This document shows, piece after piece, positions 39,690-50,758 of a stretch of DNA of 64,000 nt. The notes beneath the pieces are model-generated. The model searched no databases. It was not told the origin of the DNA and saw only the letters and a list, made by a program, of their open reading frames with translations. The DNA is taken from contig CAVURJ010000002.1 in NCBI GenBank assembly GCA_963743885.1, positions 109,020-173,019 of the forward strand. Reading direction: 5' to 3'. This DNA is from Candidatus Moraniibacteriota bacterium. GTDB taxonomy: Bacteria > Patescibacteriota > Minisyncoccia > Moranbacterales > UBA1568. The translations under genes were made by a program, and so were the position numbers. Every line of letters starts with the position of its first letter. Positions within the stretch are counted from its first letter, which is position 1.

Positions 39690-40898
39690 ATGAATAAGAA
39701 ACGGATTTTTTCGGGTATCAAGCCGTCGGGAGACCTGCATCTGGGCAACTATCTCGGGGCGATCCGGCAGTGGCTGGAGCTTCAGGATGAGTACGACGCG
39801 GTTTTTTCCGTGGTCGACTTGCATGCTGTCACGGTGCCGCAGGATCCGGTGGAGCTTCGTCAGAAGACGCTTGAGATTGCCAAGATCTATCTCGCGGCCG
39901 GTATTGATCCCAAGAAGTGCATCCTTTTCATTCAGTCGCATGTGAAGGAACATGCTGAACTCTGCTGGTTGCTCAATACCATCACGAAGACGGGTGATCT
40001 GACCAAGATGACGCAGTTTAAAGATAAGGCGGGGATGGATTTTGATAAGCTCGAGGCTTTTCTTGAAAAAATTGGAAAAGAAGAGTTTGTTGATGATTTA
40101 ATGAAAAAAAGCATAGAAGAAGTTCCAGAATCCTATAAAGAAGGATTACCAGAGAAAATTAGTAGAGACAATGCCATTAAAATTGTTTTTCATAGGGGAT
40201 TAGCAACAGGCTTTGAACGAGGTATAAATAACGCAAAGAAGTTTTTTTCCTTAAGTAAGGAGCAATTTAATTCTTCTGGCGTCGCATTCTTTGACTACCC
40301 GGTACTCATGGCGGCGGATATCCTGCTCTATGATACCGATGTCGTGCCGGTAGGCGAGGATCAAGTGCAGCATGTGGAGCTTGCCCGTACCTTGGCGCGG
40401 CGCTTCAATGACCGATTTGGCGAGACATTCACCGTGCCGGAAGCGCGCGTCAATCAGGAGTCGGCCCGCATCATGCGGCTCGATGATCCGGTGAAGAAGA
40501 TGTCCAAGTCCGCTGCGTCGGAATACGGCTATATCGCGCTCACCGATGATGCTGAGATCGTCAGGAAGAAGATTAAAAAGGCAGTAACAGACAGCGGTTC
40601 CGAAATTGTGTATTCAGATGAGAAGCCTGCGCTCAAGAATCTGATCAATATATATTCCTTGCTTTCGAATAAGACTCCACAGGAGATTGAAACGATGTAT
40701 GCAGGGAAAGGTTATGGTGATTTCAAGAGCGATCTCGCAGAAGTCGTCGTCGGATTCCTTGTGCCGTTTCAGGAACGGCTGGCCGCCATCTCTGATGATG
40801 AGGTGCTTGCTCTCCTTCGAGACGGTGCCGAGAAGGCTCGTACGCTCGCAGTCGCCAAGCTCGATGAAGTAAAAAAGAAAGTCGGATTTGTGATCTAG
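39690..40898 (+). CDS. trpS: Tryptophanyl-tRNA synthetase with an ~80-aa in-frame insertion
   Basis: HLGN, YPVLMAADIL, VPVGEDQ, KMSKS motifs. Confidence 0.95.
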   Translation: MNKKRIFSGIKPSGDLHLGNYLGAIRQWLELQDEYDAVFSVVDLHAVTVPQDPVELRQKTLEIAKIYLAAGIDPKKCILFIQSHVKEHAELCWLLNTITKTGDLTKMTQFKDKAGMDFDKLEAFLEKIGKEEFVDDLMKKSIEEVPESYKEGLPEKISRDNAIKIVFHRGLATGFERGINNAKKFFSLSKEQFNSSGVAFFDYPVLMAADILLYDTDVVPVGEDQVQHVELARTLARRFNDRFGETFTVPEARVNQESARIMRLDDPVKKMSKSAASEYGYIALTDDAEIVRKKIKKAVTDSGSEIVYSDEKPALKNLINIYSLLSNKTPQEIETMYAGKGYGDFKSDLAEVVVGFLVPFQERLAAISDDEVLALLRDGAEKARTLAVAKLDEVKKKVGFVI

Positions 40899-40910
40899 AG
40901 TTTATATATT

Positions 40911-41873
40911 ATGCGAGAACGATTTACTTTTGTCGGACCAGGTAGAACCCCCGAGGAAGAGGTTAGTGCGGCATATAGCATGGCCCGGAAAAGGAAGGAG
41001 AAGGAAAAGTTTAGCGAGATAGAGCTTGAAAAGACCGCTGAAGAATTGCGCGTCATCGATTATATTGATGATCTTCTTAAGGAGGAATTCTGCGATTTAG
41101 GCATTATTGAGATGCCTGAGATACATCCTGATCGATTCGTTTTTATTTCAGAGGAGGATTTTTCTCAGCGAGAGAGTAAAGAAGGAGTGAAAGGAACTTA
41201 TTTTTCTTTTGAAGATGTTGCGATGTTTTGTCGTGAGCGTTCATTGAATCGCGTAGATTTGTATAAGACGATGATGCACGAGGCCGTACATATGACGTCT
41301 CATATGAAGCATTGGGTGGACGTCAAGAATAAGAAAATCAATCAATATCGCGTCGGATACTCAATTGCGAATACGTCTCATCCGGATGATAGGCATCCGC
41401 ACCTAAATGCTTTTAACGAGGGAGTGACGGAATTGACGGTTGAGCAGTTTTTCCATAAGCACAAAAATGATATTGTTAAAAAATTTGATTTTTCTGATGA
41501 GGAGTTTAGAGAGGCTAAATTTTCGTATGCGTTATTCCGATCGATCGTGATGGTAATATGTGAGGGAGTGGCGGCGTATGAGGGAGTTAAAAAAATAGAT
41601 GTTTGGGAGAGAATAAAGAAAGGGCAGTTCACCGGGGAGTTGATGCATCTGAGAGGGATTGAACGTGCGTATGGCTTCGAGGCACTTGATGTTTTGGATG
41701 CGCTTGAAATCGATGATAGCGATATTGCAAACAGTACCAAGGAAGTGGCTTCGCAGAAGAATGAGAAGATTCTTGAATATTTTCTGAATTATGATCAGCC
41801 AGGAAATGATCGTAGCATAATCCGTAAGAAGTTGATGGACGAGATTCTTGGGGAGAAAGTTGAGGATAAATAA
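40911..41873 (+). CDS. Putative gluzincin-type Zn metalloprotease, AT-rich
   Basis: HEAVH plus downstream NEGVTE. Confidence 0.65.
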   Translation: MRERFTFVGPGRTPEEEVSAAYSMARKRKEKEKFSEIELEKTAEELRVIDYIDDLLKEEFCDLGIIEMPEIHPDRFVFISEEDFSQRESKEGVKGTYFSFEDVAMFCRERSLNRVDLYKTMMHEAVHMTSHMKHWVDVKNKKINQYRVGYSIANTSHPDDRHPHLNAFNEGVTELTVEQFFHKHKNDIVKKFDFSDEEFREAKFSYALFRSIVMVICEGVAAYEGVKKIDVWERIKKGQFTGELMHLRGIERAYGFEALDVLDALEIDDSDIANSTKEVASQKNEKILEYFLNYDQPGNDRSIIRKKLMDEILGEKVEDK

Positions 41874-41884
41874 TTTTTTTGCTT

Positions 41885-42229
41885 ATGAAAAACATCACAG
41901 CGGAACAATTGAAACAGGTGCTTGCAGAAGGGGTAGAGAAAGTCCTGATTGTTGATGTGCGCGAGACGGATGAAGTTGAGGAAGCACCGCTCCTCTCTGG
42001 TGTGGCGTATTATGCCAATCTGCCCTTGAGCGTCCTCCAGATGCTGCCGAAGGAGGAAGTAAAGGAGCGTTTCGAGAAGCTTTCGACCGCGGCCGGGGCG
42101 AAGCTTGATGAGACGAGGGTTATCCTCTCATGTCGCTCGGGTGCTCGATCCGGCGCTGCGCAGGCGGTGCTCGCCCAGTATGGTGTGGAGGCAGAGAATC
42201 TCGAGGGTGGGTATATCGGCTGGTTGTAA
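41885..42229 (+). CDS. Rhodanese-like domain protein
   Basis: IVDVRE, CRSGARS active loop, NLEGGYIGW. Confidence 0.88.
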   Translation: MKNITAEQLKQVLAEGVEKVLIVDVRETDEVEEAPLLSGVAYYANLPLSVLQMLPKEEVKERFEKLSTAAGAKLDETRVILSCRSGARSGAAQAVLAQYGVEAENLEGGYIGWL

Positions 42230-42278
42230 AAAAGAAGAGAGACTGTCAAAGACAGTCTCGGTGCAAGGCTGGATGGGT

Positions 42279-42557
42279 TCATATGCCAGCGGATGCCAGA
42301 TTGGAATACCCCCTGTTTTTTAAGGCGCGTTGATTGGCTATCATGCGCAGATGGATTTCATGTGCTGCTTCGCTTGGATAGAGTTCGTAAACCAAGCATT
42401 GATTGTGGGGGTTATCGCAGGTACAGGGTTGGTCAGGGTGTTCCCGTACAAAACGGCTACGCAAGACCGGGATGCCGCAAAAACGGCTGTCATCGCTGAG
42501 ATCCTGATATCGGCCGTTGTTCACGAGCGGGCAGGGGGTAGCGAGTTGGCTGCTCAT
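42279..42557 (-). CDS. Small Cys/His-rich hypothetical protein
   Basis: 92 aa, 5 Cys, AAAGGA upstream, downstream of the PMM terminator. Confidence 0.4.
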   Translation of the reverse strand: MSSQLATPCPLVNNGRYQDLSDDSRFCGIPVLRSRFVREHPDQPCTCDNPHNQCLVYELYPSEAAHEIHLRMIANQRALKNRGYSNLASAGI

Positions 42558-42748
42558 GGAAGATTCCTTTCTGATGATTGGTTGTTAAGGGACGGGATTT
42601 GAGAGGGGATACGGGTAGAAAAAAACCGCCATAGAAGGCGGTTTCATCCTTTTGTGAAGGCCTCGGTTGTGAGGTGTTTCGTATCCATTGCTACCCAGTA
42701 TACTCTTTTTCGGACAGGCTGTCAACTTCATCGCAGTTCTATCCGGGA

Positions 42749-44083
42749 TTAGCCACGGATAATCGAGAGGAGTTCGGCTTTCTTCTCTTCCATGAGTTCC
42801 GGCGTCTTGGCTTCGAGGTTGAGGCGGAGCAGGGGCTCGGTGTTGGATGGGCGGATATTGAACCACCAGTCTGGATAGTCCACCTTGAGTCCGTCGAGTT
42901 CGTGCTGCGTGCCATCGGCATATTTTTCCTTGAGCTTGGCGAGGACAGTGTCCTTATCAGCGACTTCGCTATTGATCTCGCCGGAGTGCGAGTAGCGTCG
43001 GAGCGCCTGGACGAGTTCGGAAACCGGTTTGCTGGTCTCAGCCATGAGGTTGAGGATCGAGAGGACGGCGAGGGTGCTCGCTTCCGCGCAGGAATTCTCG
43101 GAGAAATAGTAGTGGCCGGAGAGTTCGCCCGCGAAGACGGCATTCTCTTCGCGCATCTGGCGCTTGATGAAGGCGTGGCCGACGCGGCATTCGGATGCCT
43201 GGCCGCCGTGTTCCTCGATCCATTCCTTCACAGAGCGTGAGGAGCGGAGGTCGTAGAGGATAGTCGCACCCGGCTCGCGCTCGAGGACGACACCGGCGAT
43301 GAGCGCAGTCGTGAGGTCCATCGGGATGACGGTGCCATGCTCATCGACGAAGCCGACGCGGTCTGCATCACCGTCATAGGCGACACCGAGATCGGCGCCG
43401 GTCTCTTTGACCTTCGCGCAGAGCTCGTCGAGCGTCTCAGTTTTGAGCGGGTTGGCCTCGTGGCATTCGAAGGGATGGTCGAGGTCGTTGTAGAGGTTGA
43501 CGATCGTCAGATTGTCGCGAAACTGCTCGAGGATTGGAAGCTCGAGGACGCCCATGGCATTGGCGGTATCGATGGTGATGCGGAATTTTTTGTCTTTGAG
43601 ATCGGCAAAGGAAGAGAAGTAGCCATAGTAAGCCGGCTTGATATCCTCGGCGATGAGCGTGCCGCGTTCTTCTGGTTCCGTCCATTCGTTCTTGATCGCC
43701 AGGTCGCGGATCTGGGCGAGGCCGCTCGTCTCGCCGACTGGGACGGCGCCACGGAGCGCGATCTTCATGCCGTTGTATTCCGGGGGGTTGTGCGAAGCAG
43801 TGATGGAGACGGCGGCATCGACATCGAGGCGTCCGGCAGCGAAATAGACCATCGGGGTCGTGATGACGCCGAGGTCGAGCACGGTACAGCCCTGGTCCAT
43901 GACGCCCTTGGCGAAGCTCTCGAAGAGGCTCGGGGAGGAAGCGCGGACATCTCGGCCGACCGCGAGACGCTTGGTTTCGAGGTGGGTCACGACGGCGCGG
44001 CCGATCCGGTACGCGTCTTCTTCATTGATATCGGTCGGATAGATGCCGCGGATGTCGTAGGCTTTGAAACTGCCTGGATTCAT
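42749..44083 (-). CDS. manB: Phosphomannomutase/phosphoglucomutase
   Basis: FKAYDIRG, TASHNP, DGDADR, GELSGHYYF, RPSNTEP. Confidence 0.93.
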   Translation of the reverse strand: MNPGSFKAYDIRGIYPTDINEEDAYRIGRAVVTHLETKRLAVGRDVRASSPSLFESFAKGVMDQGCTVLDLGVITTPMVYFAAGRLDVDAAVSITASHNPPEYNGMKIALRGAVPVGETSGLAQIRDLAIKNEWTEPEERGTLIAEDIKPAYYGYFSSFADLKDKKFRITIDTANAMGVLELPILEQFRDNLTIVNLYNDLDHPFECHEANPLKTETLDELCAKVKETGADLGVAYDGDADRVGFVDEHGTVIPMDLTTALIAGVVLEREPGATILYDLRSSRSVKEWIEEHGGQASECRVGHAFIKRQMREENAVFAGELSGHYYFSENSCAEASTLAVLSILNLMAETSKPVSELVQALRRYSHSGEINSEVADKDTVLAKLKEKYADGTQHELDGLKVDYPDWWFNIRPSNTEPLLRLNLEAKTPELMEEKKAELLSIIRG

Positions 44084-44205
44084 AGTGGGAGAGTAAATGA
44101 TTATTCTTTCGGTTATTATACCATAGAAGGACATTGACAGAATGGGATATTTTTGGAATAATCATGACATTCTTTTTTTTCAGTTCTTTTTGAGGAGCGT
44201 ATTTC

Positions 44206-44622
44206 ATGCGGATTACGATGGCGTGTCGGTGTTGGAAGACAAGGACTATCCTTTTTTTGTCAGATAAAGGCGGGCAGTATAGACTGCCGGTCATGGAGAT
44301 GTGCCAGAGTGAGGGGCAGGGGGCGGCGTTTTCCCGTTTTATCCAGGAACATTTCGGGCTCAATCCCGAAGTATTCGATCCTACGTTCCGGACGCTAGGG
44401 CGGGAAAATAGCCTTCCCCCGAGCCATTTCGTGTTTTGCTCAGTCCAGGAGCCGGTGCATCCTCTCTACGGATATGGGACGTTGCCTTTCAAGTGGGTGG
44501 CTCGATCTGAGCTTCAGGATATGGAACGGTTCGTTCTGGAAACGCAACGCATTCTCTCAACTCCTGTTGTTCAGGGCATCCTGTTCGATTTTCAGCGTGC
44601 GGCAGCGCCCGATGTGTTCTGA
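44206..44622 (+). CDS. Hypothetical protein (possibly degenerate Nudix-like fold)
   Basis: 138 aa, GAGGAG RBS, TTGACA-17nt-AATAAT at 44134-44162. Confidence 0.5.
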   Translation: MRITMACRCWKTRTILFLSDKGGQYRLPVMEMCQSEGQGAAFSRFIQEHFGLNPEVFDPTFRTLGRENSLPPSHFVFCSVQEPVHPLYGYGTLPFKWVARSELQDMERFVLETQRILSTPVVQGILFDFQRAAAPDVF

Positions 44623-44867
44623 GATTTTCTGAGGCTTGCATTGCAGGCCTCTTTTCTTTGCTCTGGTTGAGTCCTGTTGGATTCCGTCCTATCTTTTTGT
44701 ATATCACTATTTTTATGAGGTCGTTCAAAAATAGTGATACGGTGAGGATGTGATGTGGGTTGTGAAAGGTGTTGCTTGATTGACCAGGATTGTTTTTTCT
44801 GCCAGAATGGCATGTATTCGATGGGGTTTTCTATACCCTATATCCTAACTCCTAAACCCCACCTATC

Positions 44868-45917
44868 ATGTCTCTCAAAGTCGGAATCGTCGGTTTGCCG
44901 AATGTCGGGAAGTCCACGTTGTTCAAGGCATTGACCCGTAAGGCGGTTGATATTAATAATTACCCGTTTTGTACCATTGAACCAAATATCGGTATTGTGG
45001 AAGTGCCGGACGAGCGTTTGGGGAAATTAGCGGTTATGTCTGGAACGAAAAAGATTATTCCGGCCGTCATTGAGTTCGTCGATATTGCTGGCCTCGTGAA
45101 GGGGGCGAGCGAGGGTGAGGGTCTCGGCAACAAATTTCTGGCGAATATTCGCGAGGTAGATGCGATTGTTGAAGTCGTCCGCGCGTTCGAGAACCCGGAT
45201 ATCATCCATGTGCACAATCGCGTCGAGCCGAAGGAAGATATCGAGATCATCAATACCGAGCTCATCCTGGCCGACATGGAGACGGTCGCTAAGCGGAAAC
45301 TGAAGACGGTTAAGGAAGCGCGTGCCGGCAAGAAGGAGGCGATTGCTGAGATGGCGGTGCTCGAGAAGCTCGAGACAGAGCTCCAGGCGGAGCGTCTGGT
45401 CCATGGACTGATCGGAACGTTGTCTGACGAGGAGCAAAAGATCGCGCGTGAGCTCCAGCTTCTCACCGCCAAGCCATTCTTGTATGTGTACAATGTCTCG
45501 GATATTGACCGGACGCTCGCGCCGGAACTTGAGGAGCGGCCGCACGTAAAGCTCGACATCAAGATTGAAGAGGAACTCATCGAGATGTCGGCTGAGGATA
45601 TCGCCGAGATGGGCCTCCAGTCGCATCTGGGCGACCTCGCCAAGAAAGCGTATGCGCTCTTGGGTCTCATGACGTATTTCACGACCGGAGAGATGGAGAC
45701 GCGTGCTTGGACAGTGAAGCAGGGCTCGACTGCGCCGCAGGCCGGAGCAGCCATTCATGGTGACTTCGAAGAGAAGTTCATCCGCGCCGAAGTGATCCAC
45801 TTTACGAAGCTCTTGGAAGCTGGCTCGTGGGGTGCAGCCAGGGACCTGGGTACGCTTCGCCTTGAGGGTAAGGATTATATTGTTGAGGACGGTGACGTAA
45901 TCGTCTTCAAGATTTGA
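44868..45917 (+). CDS. ychF: Redox-regulated ATPase YchF
   Basis: GIVGLPNVGKST, NYPFCTIEPN, DIAGLVKGASEGEGLGNKFL, EGKDYIVEDGD. Confidence 0.97.
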   Translation: MSLKVGIVGLPNVGKSTLFKALTRKAVDINNYPFCTIEPNIGIVEVPDERLGKLAVMSGTKKIIPAVIEFVDIAGLVKGASEGEGLGNKFLANIREVDAIVEVVRAFENPDIIHVHNRVEPKEDIEIINTELILADMETVAKRKLKTVKEARAGKKEAIAEMAVLEKLETELQAERLVHGLIGTLSDEEQKIARELQLLTAKPFLYVYNVSDIDRTLAPELEERPHVKLDIKIEEELIEMSAEDIAEMGLQSHLGDLAKKAYALLGLMTYFTTGEMETRAWTVKQGSTAPQAGAAIHGDFEEKFIRAEVIHFTKLLEAGSWGAARDLGTLRLEGKDYIVEDGDVIVFKI

Positions 45918-46014
45918 ATCCCTTTCAATATGAGGGGAAATATGGTATTGTTTTGGTAGAAATCTCCCGTGTTATTTCGTGTTAGATACTCGGAAAAACA
46001 AAAAATATTTTCGT

Positions 46015-46527
46015 ATGCGCAGATTGTTCTTTGCTACAGCGATTGCTCTCGTGCTCTTTTCAAATGTCGCTGTTTTTGTGTATTTTTATCATTCTCTCTG
46101 GTATAAATCGGAGAGCGCCATTGTATTATCAAAACCAGTTTCGGAACAACTGATTGTTTCTGCTCCAGTTTCCAATGAAGAACCAATTAAGACTGATTTT
46201 GGTATCAAGTTGCCAGATGGTTTCCCGTCTGATATCCCCATTGAACAAGGAGTAGGTATCAGGCAGGGCTACGCGCTTGATTATGGGATAAAGAAGCAAT
46301 ATACGGTAGTGTTCTTATCGCTGAAGACCGTTACTGAGAATCGTTTGCTTTATGAAGCTTATCTTGATAAGAACGGTTGGGGTATCTTGAATAAACAAGA
46401 TGATGATGTTTTGGTAGCGCTTTATGCTACCAAGGCGCAAGATGATATCAGTGTGACCGTTATCGGTGATATGGATGGCATGTCGACTGAATCACAAGTG
46501 AGCATTAGCATCTTGAAAAAGATATGA
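46015..46527 (+). CDS. Membrane-anchored hypothetical protein
   Basis: N-terminal TM, LPDGFPSDIP motif; ATGA overlap with the next gene. Confidence 0.7.
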   Translation: MRRLFFATAIALVLFSNVAVFVYFYHSLWYKSESAIVLSKPVSEQLIVSAPVSNEEPIKTDFGIKLPDGFPSDIPIEQGVGIRQGYALDYGIKKQYTVVFLSLKTVTENRLLYEAYLDKNGWGILNKQDDDVLVALYATKAQDDISVTVIGDMDGMSTESQVSISILKKI

Positions 46528-47997
46528 ATACGAAATTAACTGCATCGGTTTTTGTCTTCTTCCTCGGCATGATTTTTTTCGTCGGTGCTGGTAGAGTGGA
46601 GGCAATGACGGTTGGTATTTATCCGCTCGGAAATCCGTCCCTTCCTCTTATGGGGACGTTTACTATAGACACCGATAAGGCTTCGTATGAACCCGGTGAA
46701 AATATAACAATTACCGGGTCTTTTTCTGTGACTTTCCAAATAGGCCTGGCTTTTCCCTGGAGAATGTCCGCAAAATTAAAATACAGAACCCGCTCCTAGC
46801 ATATGGAAACCGAATCCCTACAGGCTTCTGATCTCTACGGATTGGAGCGGTTCTGGAGGAAGGACGGTTGTTGCGCCTGCTACGCCAGGGGAATATGTGG
46901 TTAATGGCTTTATCACAGGAGGTGCCTTCGGTGGATATAGTGGGAGCATAACCCTTCCGATACGGGTGGCCAATCCTATTGTTGGCACCATTGATGTTTC
47001 CTCGAATATTCCGACTTCTTGGACTATTGCCGGCCCGACTACTCTTTCTGGATCGGGGATAACCGTCTCGTATACGGATCAGCCTGTCGGTACCTATACT
47101 ATCATCTGGAACCCTGTTTCTGGTTATGTTACACCAGTCTCACAATCTCTTTCTAACGTGAGCAATGGCGATACGATCTCTTTCATCGGAAACTATATCT
47201 CCGTATCGGGTGTCGATTTGATCGCTGGGCCAGTCACGCCCATTACGGCCATAGCCAACTCCTCTACGATCTTCTCATCGACGATAAGTAATATCGGTAT
47301 GGGCTCGACGGGTATTAGTTCCTTGAGTTTTTTTCAGGTTGCTTCCGGGCCTGGAGGTACTGGCACGGTCACTGATCTTCCGTCTTCGATTGTGCCAGTT
47401 CTCGGTACTGGAGGAAGCGCTCCTGTATCCGTCTCCCACACTTTCTCCTTGGCTGGGACGTATTCTATGCGCGCCTGCGCCGATGCGATTCTATCACTAT
47501 CATTGGGCGGCGGTGTCATAACTGAGACGAATGAGGAAAATAATTGTGGCCCTTGGACGGATATCACTGTCTTAAACGCTCCTCCCAGCATCTCTTTCGC
47601 GATTAATGGCTCTACTGGCCCGCTCCTTCTTTTCAAGGGTGATACAGAGATTATTAATTGGACCGTCTCTGATGCCACGTCTTGTGTAGCCATCTCATCC
47701 GACAAATGGTCTGGATCGAAAGATCCCGCGAGTGGCACTGATACGCAGTCTGCAGCCACGACCTCGGATTTCACGCTCGAATGCACCGGCCCCGGAGGCA
47801 CTGCCTCCGAGACGGTCCATGCGGACGTTTCCTGTGCTCCGAGTACTGGCACCTGGAGAGACTGTGACTGTGCCACGGAGACTAAATCTCGTACACGCAT
47901 AGACGCTTCATGCTCCACATGGATGGAGACTCAGGAATGTACCACTGATGAGAAGAATGCCTGCCGCGACTTCAATTGGAGAGAGGTGAGGCCGTAG
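46524..47997 (+). pseudogene. Secreted CARDB/Ig-like surface protein split by a +1 frameshift near 46780 (pseudogene or sequencing error)
   Basis: Signal-peptide ORF 46524..46799 joins the frame of 46897..47997 if one A is removed from TAAAAT at 46777-46782; RACAD..ETNEENNC motif; ends DFNWREVRP. Confidence 0.7.
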
Positions 47998-48072
47998 GAG
48001 GTAAAAAGACACAAGACACAAGAGACAGGGTACAAGGTGTAAGAGGGGAAAAATGATGAGAGATAAAACTAT

Positions 48073-48492
48073 ATGAGATACCTTCTCGTAGCCATGTTCG
48101 CAGCTATCGTAGCGATGGCACCGCTTTCTGTGGAGGCCGCTTTGGTTAATTGTGCCACGGCTGCTCATCCGGAGCCCTGTACGATCTGTCATATGATCCA
48201 GGGAGGAGTCGGTCTTATGGATTGGGGACTGGCGATCATGACCGCCATAGGAATCACGGTCATTGTCGGTATGGCTATCCTTTATATCGTCTCGGCGGGA
48301 GATGACGGGTTGATGCAGACCGCCAAAGGAGGTATCAAAGCCGCTTTTATAGGATTTGCGGTTATGCTGTCTGCTTGGCTTATCGTCCATACGACACTTC
48401 GGATTTTCGGAGCTACCGCTATCACCGGATATAGCGCTGGGAGTAGCGCGTTTTCTTTTATCTGCAATACCGAATCTTCTGCCAGACGCTGA
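48073..48492 (+). CDS. CPR-type pilin (TrbC/VirB2-like)
   Basis: Signal peptide, LVNC...PCTICH, YIVSAGD..AK..I..A.IG pattern. Confidence 0.75.
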   Translation: MRYLLVAMFAAIVAMAPLSVEAALVNCATAAHPEPCTICHMIQGGVGLMDWGLAIMTAIGITVIVGMAILYIVSAGDDGLMQTAKGGIKAAFIGFAVMLSAWLIVHTTLRIFGATAITGYSAGSSAFSFICNTESSARR

Positions 48493-48566
48493 GATACTTT
48501 TTTGCTTTTCATTTCGAATGATTGGGCTCATGTCTTTGAATGAGGTTTTTTCTAGGAAAGAATAGC

Positions 48567-48708
48567 TTATTACCAAGCGTAGCGAGTGAAACGAGAGTTT
48601 ACTCTCGTTTCCGAACGGAGCGCAGGCCCGCTTCGACGGAGCTTCAGCGAGGCGAGTAAAATCGGGTTGAATACCCCGCGGCTTGCCCTGGGGTAAATAC
48701 CCGTTATT
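48567..48708. repeat. Family A element, copy 3, with a nested palindrome
   Basis: Near-colinear with 58341..58453 apart from a ~30-nt insert after GCAGG. Confidence 0.8.
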
Positions 48709-48771
48709 TTTCCGGTTTTGAGCCAAAGAGATGTCTGATGCTACACCTTTTTGGCTTGGTTTGTGATGGGG

Positions 48772-48812
48772 TTGACGGCTGGTTTTTGGCACTCTATAAT
48801 TGAGAGTGCTAA
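48772..48812 (+). promoter_or_regulatory. Sigma70 promoter overlapped by a CIRCE (HrcA operator)
   Basis: TTGACG-17nt-TATAAT; TTGGCACTC-N9-GAGTGCTAA at 48786-48812 with the -10 box inside the spacer. Confidence 0.9.
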
Positions 48813-48895
48813 TACTTTTAACTAACAACAAACGACTCACGACTGGCAACCAGAGAAAAGGATCTCTGTTGTTCGTTGTCAGTCGTACGTCGTAA

Positions 48896-50548
<1,653 letters not shown>

Positions 50549-50758
50549 AGCACGAGAGGTATAAGGCAAGAGGTAGGAGACAAGAAAAAGAGACGCTCGC
50601 GCCTCTTTTTTGTGTTATAATCGTAAGAGAGTTAGCAAATGAAGTAGTTTCAAATGCTGTAAACGCCTATAAATAAACACAGAAAATAAAAACTTGGGCA
50701 AAGCAGACTGAAGATTCCGTATAAGTCCGTTACAGTCCGCATGAGTCCGTGTCAATGT

